The notes under the pieces are model-generated. The model ran no database searches. It saw only the letters and a program-made list of their open reading frames with translations, and was not told the DNA's origin. From Macrostomum lignano (Eukaryota), in contig NIVC01000928.1 of assembly GCA_002269645.1 (NCBI GenBank), forward strand, positions 62,001 to 126,000: a stretch of 64,000 nt of DNA, in the 5' to 3' direction. This document shows positions 1 to 12,400 of this stretch, in pieces (position 1 is the stretch's first letter; each line of letters opens with the position of its first letter). The translations under genes and the position numbers were made by a program.

Positions 1-365
1 TTGGGTAATCTCTGAGTCTCATTGGAGTCAAATTGGGTAATCTCTGAGTCGCATGGGAGTCAAGGCGGGTAGCCTCAGAGTCGCATGAGAGTCAAGGTGG
101 GTAGGGTAGCCTCAGTCTCATGAGAGTCAAGGCGGGTAACCTCTGAGTCTAATGAGAGTCAAAGTGGGTAACATCTGAGTCTCATGAGAGTCAAATCGGG
201 TAACATCTGAGTCTCATGAGAGTCAAGGCGGTTAACCTCAAGAGTCTCTGAGAGTCAAAGCGGGTAACCTCTGAGTCTCATGAGAGTCAAAGCGGGTAAC
301 CTCTGAGTCTCATGAGAGTCAAAGCGGGTAACCTCTGAGTCTCATGAGAGTCAAGGCGGGTAACT
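1..365. repeat. 32-bp minisatellite (CTGAGTCTCATGAGAGTCAAAGCGGGTAACCT) in the ADAR intron downstream of the deaminase exon; truncated by the window edge
   Basis: About 11 tandem copies are visible directly; each unit contains the palindrome TCTCATGAGA. Confidence 0.95.
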
Positions 366-418
366 CCTCAGTATGGAAGCGGCAACCCCCCATTTTCTAA
401 GAAACTGCTCTCGCTCAC

Positions 419-3400
419 CAAAACTTGGAACCGTTGGTCGCCAGTTGAAAAATGGATTCGGAGTTGCTCTTGATGGCGGTGGCCAGCTGGTGATGAAAAA
501 ATCGCAGCAGGCATCTCCGGCTGAGAATCTCGGCGTGACAGTCGAGGAGGCAGGAACCGCTGGCGTCCAGGTGCTGGCCGGAGAGGCACTTGGTCCCGGT
601 GGTCACGCACACGACGGTCAGGTCTGCGCTGGGGTCCAGGTCGGGTCCGCGGCTCATGACGATGCCGGCCAGGACTTTGCGGCGGGCCAGGCGCTCCGGC
701 AGGCCGGAGGCGAGCTGCTCAAACTGGTCTCGAACCAGGCGCTGCACCGAGTCGGCGAACGACTGCTCGGTCGGGGTGGCGGCCGGCGCTTGGCAGGGCG
801 AGGCCGAGTCGCCGCTGCCTGTGAATATTGGCGACGGCGAGAATGAGGATTGAGGCGATTGACTGACCGAGTTGTACGAGGGGGAGTGCGGGTTTTAAAG
901 GCAGAGGGCGGATTTTGGTGAGGGCGGATTTTGATGGTGAGGGCGGATTTTGATGAAAAGGGCGGATTTTGATGGAGAGGGCGGATTTTGATGGAGTGGG
1001 TGGATTTTGATGGAGAGGCGGATTTTGATGGAGTGGGTGAATTTTGATGGAGAGGGCGGATTTTGATGGTGAGGGCGGATTTTGATGGAGAGGGCGGATT
1101 TTGATGAAGAGGGCGGATTTTGATGGAGAGGGCGGATTTTGATGGTGAGGGCGGATTTTGATGGAGAGGGCGGATTTTGATGGAGAGGGCGGATTTTGAT
1201 GGAGAGGGCGGATTTTGATGGAGAGGGCGGATTTTTAAGAATGGGGAGGCGGATTTTTAAGAATGGGGAGGCGGATTTTTAAGAATGGGGAGGCGGATTT
1301 TTAAGAATGGGGAGGCGGATTTTGATAAAGAGGGCGGATTTTGACGGTGAGGGCGGATTTTGATGGAGAGGCGGATTTTGATGGAGAGGGCGGATTTTGA
1401 TGGAGTGGGTGGATTTTGATGGAGAGGCGGATTTTGATGGAGAGGGCGGATTTTGATGGAGAGGGCGGATTTTGATGGTGAGGGCGGATTTTGATGGTGA
1501 GGGCGGATTTTGATGGTGAGGGCGGATTTTGATGGAGAGGCGGATTTTGATGGAGAGGGCGGATTTTGATGGAGAGGGCGGATTTTGATGGAGTGGGTGG
1601 ATTTTGATGGAGAGGCGGATTTTGATGGAGAGGGCGGATTTTGATGGTGAGGGCGGATTTTGATGGTGAGGGCGGATTTTGATGGTGAGGGCGGATTTTG
1701 ATGGGGAGGGCGGATTTTAATGGTGAGAGGGGGACTGTAAGAAAAACGCCACCCTTTGCCCCAGTGAGCAGTTATCTTTCGACCAGCGTCTATCACTTGG
1801 CCAGCCATTCTGATATTGAAAGATGCTTCAAAAAAAACTATGAAAACCGGGCGGAAGCTTCAATCCATCCAATCTTCGCCCTCCGCTCTTCCCAATCCCT
1901 CCTCACCCAGCCCAACTCTGCATCGCGTGGCGCAAGTTGCGTCACTCAAAAGTCAACACTAAGCTAGAATTTACTGAGCACTCTCAAAGATGGCGACTTT
2001 TTAATGTTATTGAGTATACATATTTATCATCAACTTGATGATATCAACATGATATTTATCATTTCGTTCAACTATTGATTCGAGAACTAGAATGCATAAT
2101 GGACTTACTAGGAGAATTCATCGAAGACATGACACAAGCCTTGTCGAAAATAAATTTAACAGCAATATTTTTACCACCAGCATTTTGTTATTATTCTTTC
2201 ATTCGTTGTAATAATTAATTCAATAAAATACGAGTGTAATATCATAAAATATGAAATTCATCACCCTTGCTGTGCGCCTATAATAATAATCAGCAATCTT
2301 TAATGTACATTCCTACTTGCTTTCCAGAAGGACGCGTTCTTCTCTTAAAAAGCCCTCGTCTATGCAAATTTATTTGCTATGTAACAAAATGGCAACACGC
2401 TTTACAGAGTAGCTCATTTCTATCTGCGCTCGCTTGATATCTAACTGAATCAGTTCATTTAAATAAATTGATTAAATTTCTGCCCAGCAATACAGAGAGT
2501 CTAACCTTCAGCAGTTCTCCCAAATAAATTTCATATCTTTAGATTTACACTTGAAATTTCACGGAAAATCAGTCACACTGTTCTCGTTTCGAGGGACCTT
2601 TGAGGTTAAAAAAGGGCATAGTGATAGCTATTTTTCAGCATCTCGACATTGAATTATACACTGATGTCGCTTATTAAAACAGCCTACAATGTACACACAT
2701 AGCAATACGATTCCGACAGTACCGCGTCATGTTTGTTTTAAATTTCAGCTTAATTAGCCAATCCTTAACTCTCGCGGCTTTTTTAAATCCAAAGTGCCTC
2801 TGCCTTTAAGTCTATAGTGACTCCAACGCCAAAACTTGACGTAGCTCAGAGTTAGGGTTAAGCCATGGCTCTAAGGCTTTGATGCCAAAGCTTAAAGAAG
2901 TGCTGATATCTTGAGCTACATGGCTGGCTTTTAGGGCGGATGCATTTTTGCTTTCAACCTAGCTTTCCTCGAGAAACGAACAATAGTGACTGTGCAAGGT
3001 GAAAAGCTACAATGTAGTTTCTTTTAAAATAATATTTTCTTTGTTACCTTCTCAACGGGGGCGCAGGAGGCTAGTCTATTGTATAACCAGTTACCTATTC
3101 TATATATATTTTCTCTAGATTTCTATGACTAGAAATTAATGCCTGGAAAATGGGAGTGGTCCCCTACTCAGCCACCTATTTTTTGCGTTGCCTGTTAATT
3201 TTCGAGCTCTGCAGATGGTTCATGCCTTGTTAACGAGTAGTCCTAAAGATCAGAGTGCTAATTATGCCATTGAAGAGGAGTGTCTCCTTTAGTTGCTTTT
3301 CTGAACCACTTCTTTGCAGCAATCTTGACGAAACTGGAAAACGACGTCACTGTACAGCAATTGACATTCAATGAGACGCGACAATTAGTACCTTTGTATG

Positions 3401-6400
3401 TTTTAAGGCAACGCTAGAACAGTGTCGGACGCTTAAATTTAGACCGATCCTGACGCTTAAAAGCCCTCCTGCTAATACGCTTATATTATCAACGTCTGAT
3501 TGGAGCTTTTTGCAACTTGTAAATTGTTAGCACTGACAAGTTGCTTATAAATCACCCAACTACGAGTAATAAATGGATATAAAATGTATTGCATGCCTCT
3601 AAATGACGGCGACAAGAAGTAAAAACCGGAAACATTACGTTAGTTATAATAAGGCCTACATGGATTGCGTGTCCATTTTAAGTACACATAGTTCGATACA
3701 TTCATTCTACTCAATCAAGCTAATTAAGGGAGTCCGACAGTGGGAACAAAATTAATTCTGGATACTCGGATGGCCTTTACAATATATAGCCTCATATTTA
3801 CTACTTGTTTTGCACGAATTTCGCTTGCACTGATGGCTGACGGACTTACTAAGTATTTGACCGTTAACTGAGCTGGCCTTTTGGGCTGTTTGTTACAGAC
3901 CCCATGAAGAAGTGCTCATATTGTTTTCCATGCTGTTATTCATGATTAACTTTAAAAATTTGAATCTGGGGATTTTAGCCTTATGTTAGAGAAGGCGATG
4001 AACTAAGCTTTGCGAGCTACAAACACAAACTCACTGATGAAAGACAAAGCTTATGCATTTTATGCACTCATTAAAACACTCATTTTGGCGTCGCAGGCGC
4101 TATACCTTTAGCGTCCTGAAGCAAAACTGTTTGATTTCCACAACGAGGGTGGGGGACAAAGCATTTTGGCATGTCCCCCATCTATTTTGCCCCCCTCCCA
4201 GTGGAAGCCTTTGAGTTGACAGTGCGCAGTAGATTCTAGCTCAGTATTGACTTCTGAGTGACGCAACTTGCGCCACGCGATGCAGAGTTGGACTGGGTGT
4301 GGAGGGATTGGGAAAAGCGGAGGGCGAATATTGGATGGACTGAAGCTTCCACCCGGTTTTCATTGTTTTTTTAAGCATCTTTTAATATAAAAATGGTTTC
4401 CCAGGTGATAGACGCTGGTCGAAAGATAACTGCCCACTGGGGCAAAGGGTGGCGAGTTTTCAATGTTGATGAGTATACAAGTTTGGCTTAGAAGCCTCTG
4501 AATAAACTAAGCTCAACAATTTGTATTGGCAAAAGAGATGCTGTAGGACAAAAATCAAGCTTGGAACTTTTCTCCAGCTAAGTCGTTAAGTCACCCCAAC
4601 GGAAGTTTCATCACGTTCGCTTGAATTTTGCATCTATCTACGCTCAAAAGCGGTATCGTTCTGAAGGCTTGCTTTTTTGCAAAAGAAGATTCCCAGCCCC
4701 TTGTGGAAATTGGATGCCTTGTAGGAAACAGAAGAAGCTTTTTTGATAAGCCAAGGGCTTGCAAGCATACTATAGCAAAACTGAAGCAGCCCAGGGAGAA
4801 AGTATACTAGGCCTATCCGATACATATAGCCACTATAGCCTATAGTTCAGCTGGCACAAATTAAGGAAGCTTAATCTCAGCATAACCAACCTGTTCAAGA
4901 CTGCGCAACGCTACAATTAAAGACTGTATGATTAGTGCTAATATTCGATATTCCGACTCAGTAAAACTGTTAATTAAAGAGTTCTACGTGTCAATAAGTG
5001 TCATACAAGGACGAATTCATGTAATACTGTTGCGATGCTTTGATACCCTTCTTGAACCTTATTAATAGAGACATTAAAGTCCCTCTGATCTATATCCAAT
5101 ATACTAAAAATGAGTTGTCTGTATGTGGGTAGGTATGCGATAGATTTCAGAAAAAATGGCTCAACCGATTTTCTTCAAACTTGCACCATTTGATCAGAAA
5201 TTTTCCTGGGACGGTACATGCATCTTGGCTAAAAAATTGCTCAATTTTAAAGGGATTAAATATTCGAAAAACCTGCTTTTTTGCAAAGGTCAAGCAGCTC
5301 TTTCAACCTAAAATTCATTGTAAAAATGCTAGAGAAAAAACTGACTGGCTGAATTCCGATTGTGATAAAGATTGCATCACAACAAGTTGAAAACAGTGCC
5401 GAAGAAATGCACACACGACTTGATTTAAATTGCGTAACCAATATTGCTAACTTAAATTGAGACTGATACTGGCTGACTGAGAAATTGATTATGTCATTAC
5501 TTTTTACTTCAATTGACTTGCTGTAAGAATTGAATTATAAGGGCCACAATTCACGTTCTCCAATTGAAAAGAGATAGCCAAGATGCGAACAGACTGGAAT
5601 GCTAATGTAGCGACCTGGGTTCGAATCTTAGTAGTGCAAAAAGATTTTTTTATCAAAACACCTTAAAAACACAACAAAACTGCTAAACATAATAGAAGCG
5701 CAATGTCAAACATAGAAGAGCCACCATGTCGAACATTTAAGAGCCACCATCTCAAACATATATATGACTTTATGTCAAACTTTAAAGAGCCACCATTTCG
5801 AACATTAAATAGCCTCTTTGTCAAACACTAGAGAGCCGCCGTGTCAAACATAAAAGAGCCACCAGGTTAAACATTAAAGAGCCACCAGGTTAAACATTAA
5901 AGAGCCACCAGGTTAAACATTAAAGAGCCACCATGTCAAACAATAAAGAGCCACCATGTCGAACATTTAAGAGCCACCATCTCAAACATATATATGACTT
6001 TATGTCAAACTTTAAAGAGCCACCATTTCGAACATTAAATAGCCACTTTGTCAAACACTAGAGAGCCGCCGTGTCAAACATAAAAGAGCCACCAGGTTAA
6101 ACATTAAAGAGCCACCATGTCAAACAATAAAGAGCCACCATGTCGAACATAAAAGAGCTACCATGTCAAACATTTAAGAGCTACCATGTCAAACATTTAA
6201 GAGCTACTATGTCAAAACATAAAAGTGCAATCATGTCAAACCTAAAAGAGCCACCATGTCAAACATAAAAGAGCCACCATTTCGAACATTAAAGAGCCAC
6301 CATTTCAAACAGTAAAGAGCCACCATGTATAACATTTAAGAGTCACCATATCAAACATCAAATAGCCACTTTGTCGAACATTAAAGAGCCACCGTGTCAA

Positions 6401-9400
6401 ACATAAAAGAGCCACCATGTTAAACATAGAAGAGCCACCATGTCAAACATAAAAGAGCCACCATGTCAGACATTAAAAAGCCACCGTATCAAACATAAAA
6501 GAGTTACCATGTAGAACATTAAAGAGCCACTATTTCACACAGTAAAGAGCCACCATGTCAAACATAAAAGAGCCACCATGTCAAACATTAAAAAGCCACC
6601 ATGGCGAACATTAAAGAGCTGCCATGTCAAACATTAAAGAGCAATCATGTCAAACACAAAATAGCCACCATGTCAAACATTGAAGAGACACTATGTCAAA
6701 CGTATACGTGACTCCATGTCAAACATAAAAGTGCCACCATGTCAAACATAAAAGTGCCACTATGTCAAAAATTAAAGAGCCACCATGTCGAACATTAAAG
6801 GGCCACCATGTCAAATATAAAAGAGCCACCATGTCGAACATAAAAGAGCCACCATGTCGAACATAAAAGAGCCACCATGTCGAACATAAAAGAGCCACCA
6901 TGCCAAATATAAAAGAGCCACCATGTCGAACATTTAAGAGCCACCATGCCAAACATAAAAGAGCAACGATGTCAAACATAAAAGAGCCACCATGCCAAAC
7001 ATAAAAGAGCAACGATGTCAAACATAAAAGAGCCACCATGTCAAACATAAAAGTGCCATTATGTCAAAAATATACGGGACTCCATGTCAAACATTAAAGA
7101 GCCACCATGTCAAACATTAAAGAGCTATCATGTCAAACACAGAATAGCCACCATGTAAAACATAGAAGAGACACTATGTCAAACGTATACGTGACTCCAT
7201 GTCAAACATAACAGAGCCTCCATGTCGAACATTAAAGAGCCACCATGTCAAACATTAAAGAGCCACCATGTCAAACATTAAAGAGCCACCATGGCGAACA
7301 TTAAAGAGCCACCATGTCAAACATAAAAGTGCCACCATGTCCAACATTAAAGAGCCACCATGTCCAACATTAAAGAGCCACCATGTAAAATATAAAAGAG
7401 CCACCTTGTCAAACATTAAAGAGCCATCATGTCAAACATAAAAGAGCCATCATATTCATGTGAAACATATACGTGACTCAATGTCAAACATTAAAGAGCC
7501 ACCATGTCCAACATTAAAGAGCCACCATGTAAAATATAAAAGAGCCACCTTGTCAAACATTAAAGAGCCATCATGTCAAACATAAAAGAGCCATCATGTG
7601 AAACATATACGTGACTCAATGTCAAACATTAAAGAGCCACCATGTCAAACATTAAAGAGCTATCATGTCAAACACAAAGGAGCTACCATGTCAAACATAG
7701 AAGAGCCACCATGTCAAACATTAAAGAGCTATCATGTCAAACACAAAAGAGCTACCATGTCAAACATAGAAGAGCTACCATGTCAAACATTAAAGAGCCA
7801 CCTTTTTAAACAAAAAAGAGACTTCATTTCAAACATAAAAGAAGTGTCATGCCAAACAAAATGGAACCACTATAAAGCTAAGGAAATTGTTGCACTAGCC
7901 ACTTGTTCTCTGGTGGATGCTTGCTTTTTAAGGATGGATTCTTGCTTACAGGGGGATGCTTGCTCTTGTGGGTGGAGGGTACTTGCTATCTGAGAGGGGG
8001 TTGCTAGATATCTATAAGGTATCTTTGTATCCAGGTTATGCTTGCTATCAGGGGTTGCTTGCTGTCTGGGGTTGCTTGCTATCGGGGGGATGCTTGCTAC
8101 CTGGGGGATGCTTGCTACCTGGGGGATACTTGCTATTTGGGGATCGATGCTTGAATGCTGTCTGAGGATGCTTGCTGTCTTGGGATGTTTTGTTTTTAGA
8201 GGGAATGTCTGTTGTTGTTTTTTGAAGGTTTTATTTCGCTGTCTATTTGTTATTTGTAAAGAACAAGGATTCTATCCAGATGTCCCCCATCGGGGGGCGA
8301 AGATTGCTAGTCTAATATACTAAAAATGAAATTTTCAATGAAAAATGATTTTCTCCCGAACGGCTCAACCGATTTTCTCCGTTTCTTCGCCAAAACATGT
8401 CAAATGTGCCCGGGACGGTACATGTAATTTTATTAGGCTCTAGCTCAATGCTAAGGGGATTAAATATTCGAAAAACTGTTTTAAATGGGCTTTTTCAATG
8501 CAAAATTCTATCAGCGAGAAACTTCACTGCCAATTTTAATGATTGCGCCAGAGCCAACTGATAAGAAAACTCACTCCGCCCCACTGCCCAGATAATTACT
8601 CTATTTAACTTGCGTAACCAATTAAGGGGGGGGTATAATAAAAATTCTGGATGCTGGCAGACAGCCTACCCCTGCTAGTCCTATATACTAAAAATGAGTT
8701 GTCTGTGGGTATGCGATAGATTTCAGAAAAATTGGCTCAACCGATTTTCTTCAAACTTGCACCATTCGATCAGAAATTTTCCTGGGACGGTACATGCATC
8801 TTGGCTAAGAAATTGCTCAATGTTAAAGGGATTAAATATTCGAAAAACATGCTTTTTTGCAAAGGTCAAGCAGCTCTTTCGACCTGAAATGCATTGTAAG
8901 AATGCTAGAGAAAAAACTGACTGACTGAATTCCGATTGTGATAAAGATTGCATCACAACAAGTTGAAAACAGTACCGAAGAAATGCACACACAACTTGAT
9001 TTAAATTGCGTAACCATATTGCTAACTTAAATTGAGACTGATACTGGCTGACTGAGAAATTGATTATGTCATAACTTTTTACTCCAATTGACTTGCTGAA
9101 AGAATTGAATTATAAGGGCCACAATTCATGTTCTCCAATTGAAAAGAGATAGCCCTGATGCGAACAGACTGGAATGCTAATGTAGCGACCTGGGTTCGAA
9201 GCTTAGTAGTGCAAAAAGATTTTTTTTATTAAAACACCTTAAAAACACAACAAAACTGCTAAACATCAAAGAAGCGCAATGTCAAACATAGAAGAGCCAA
9301 CATATCGAACATAAAAGAGTTACCATGTCAAACATAAAAGAGCTACCATGTCATGTCGAACATTAAAGAGCCACCATGTCGAACATTAAAGAGCCACCAT

Positions 9401-12400
9401 GCCAAACATAAAAGAGCCACCATGTCAAACATAAAGAGCCACCATGTCAAACATTTAGGAGCCACCATGTTAAACATATATGTGACTTTATGTCAAATAT
9501 TAAAGAGCCACCATGTGAAACATTAAAGAGCCACCATGTCAAACATTTAAGAGCCACCATGTCAAACCTAAAAGAGCCACCATGTCTAACAGTAAAGAGC
9601 CAGCATGTCGAACATTAAAGGGCCACCATGTAGAACATTAAAGAGCCACCATGTCAAACAATTAAAAGCCAGCATGTCAAACATAAAAGAACCACTTTGT
9701 TGAACACTAAAGAGCCACCATGTCAAACATAAAAGAGACAACATGTCAGACATTAAAAAGCCACTGTATCAAACATAAAAGAGTTACCATGTAGAACATT
9801 AAAGAGCCACCATGTCGAAAATTAAAGAGCCACTATGTAGAATATTAAAGAGCCACCATGAAGAACATTAAAGAGCCACCATGTCAAACATTTAGAAGCC
9901 ACCATGTCAAAGATTTAAGAGCCACCATGTCAAACATTTAAGAGCCACCATGTCAAACATAAAAGAGCCACCATGTTAAACATTAAAAAGCCACCATGTC
10001 AAACATAGAAGAGCCACCATGTCAGATATTAAAAAGAGCCACCATGTCGAACATAAAAGAGCCACCATGTCGAACATTAAAGAGCCACCATGTCAAACAT
10101 ATATGTGACTTTATGTCAAACATTAAAGAGCCACCATTTCAAACATTAAAGAGCCACCATGTCGAACATTAAAGAGCCACCATGTCAAACATTAAAGAGC
10201 CACCATGTAAAACATTAAAGAGCCACCATGTCTAACAGTAAAGAGCCACCATGTCGTACATTAAGGAGCCACCATATTGAACATTAAAGAGCCAGCATGT
10301 CGAACATAAAGAGCCACCAAGTCAAACATAGGAGACACAATTTCAAACGTAAAAAGAAGCGTCATGCCAATCACAAAGGAGCCATTATAAAGCTAAGGAA
10401 ATTGTTGCACTTGCTACTTATTGTCCGGTGGATGCTTGCTATTTAGTATAGGATCAATACTTGCTATCAATTGGTTGCTTGCTATCTGGGGTGCTTGCTA
10501 TCTGGGGGTGCTTGCTATCTGGGGGTGCTTGCTATCTGGGGGTGCTTGCTATCTGGGGGTGCTTGCTATCTGGTGGTGCTTGCTATCTGGAGGTGCTTGC
10601 TATCTTAGAATGTTTTCTTTTTGCATTGCACTTCATCTGAGCAGTTTTTCTATTGACTATGTGAAGGCTTTGTTTGGCCATCTTATTGATACTTGTAGAG
10701 AACAGAGATTCTATCTAGATGTCCCCCATCGGGGGGCGAAGATTGCTAGTCCTATATACTAAAAATGGTCTGTCTGTGTCTATCTATCTATCTATCTATG
10801 TGATCGATTAGAGAAAAAATGGCTGGACCGATTTTGTTCGAACTTGCACTGTTCGATTAGAAATTTTCCCGTGACTGTACATGCATCGTGGCTAAGAAAT
10901 TGCTCGATGCTAAAGGCATTAAATATTCGAAAAACATGCTTTTTTGCAAAGGTCAAGCAAACTTTTTGACTTGAAATGCATTGTAAGAATGCTAGAGAAA
11001 AAACTGACTGGTTGAATTCTAATTCTGAAATAGATTGCATCATAACTGAATTGTAACTCCGACTTGAATTGAAAATGCAGTGTGGAAGCGTAGCACCAGA
11101 CTTGATTTAAATTGCGTAACCATATTGTTAACTGATACTGACTGACTGAGAAACTGATTATGTCATAACTGCTTCGTGTGATTTACTCTATGCTTGGATT
11201 TTAAAGTGTTGAATTATATAAGTGCAAAATTTCATGTTATCAAAACGATGAGAGCTAGCTTAGAGGTAAACAGACTGAACTGCTAAATTCAGAAACGATG
11301 GTTCGAACTTTCATCTCTTATATCTAAAGCTGAGTGGATCGATCGACCGGCCGGGTTTAACGCGTATCTCCTCCTAGACGACTGCCAACTCAAATGCGAG
11401 ACTTATATATATCAATGCAGAATTTTCCTACGCAACAAATAGGCTATTTTAATGTTTAAATTTAAAAGTTGGGTCTGTTAAAAAAGCAGAAAACTGTTTT
11501 CTTAACCTTCTTTGGCCACTTTGCCTCTCCAGTGGAGGGGTAGTGGCATAGTTGTAAAAACAACCACCCCAACCTCCCCCGCAGGTCGCTGTGTATTGGA
11601 GGGGTGGGTGACGCGTGTTCTGGGTTCAATGCTAATAAAAACCCCGCGTGTTGGGGGTGCAGTAAAATTTAATGATTCCCCCGGAATAGGGGGGGGTTGG
11701 TTTGGGCTGAGTGTACATAGCAAAGTACATTGTAAGCAGATAGATAGGACTGTGTCGAGATTCAATTGGTTTTATTATCGGCGTCTTTCAAAAGGCAGTC
11801 CTGTGTATTAGCTGGGCAGTGAAATTCAATGAATAAACTTGCGAGCCTCTTACTGTAGCAGGCAGTGAATGTACACTCGATACTTCAATGCTTTAAATCA
11901 GGAAGTTCAAAGGCTAACTGTTCCTTGAGTTTTAAGCTTTGAGAGGAGAGAATTATATTGCTGGAAAGATCTTGCAACGCTGAGTTTGGGGATATAAGTT
12001 ATTTGCTTTAAATATGAAAACAAAAAGCACAGCATTGAAAAAACGATTTCCGAGTAGATAGATAAGCGAGTAGAGATAAGAGATGAGAGAGAAGAAGAGA
12101 GAATTGAGAGAAGACAGGAGAGAAGAGATAAGAGAGAGAAGCGAGAAGAGAAGGGAGAGATGAGAAAACATGCTATGATATTTCAGAGGTTTTATGGAGG
12201 ATTTGGAAGATTTGGAAGATTTTTTGACGTATACCCAGACAAGTAAAAAGCATATTTTTATAAACTTCAGTTTCATAGTCTTGATTGACTGAAATTTGAT
12301 AGAGATGATATTTTTTTAAATTGATGGATTGTAGCTTGAAGGAGATGATATACGATGGATTGCAGTTTAACGAAGAGGATTTTGTATCTGTTTCATGGAG

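Noticed and set aside
1257-1808. 183-aa ORF of repeated SPSKSA/IKIRP units
   Set aside because: Translation of the 19-bp minisatellite; no coding context.
6719-7993. ORFs within the 23-bp array
   Set aside because: Satellite-derived periodic translations.
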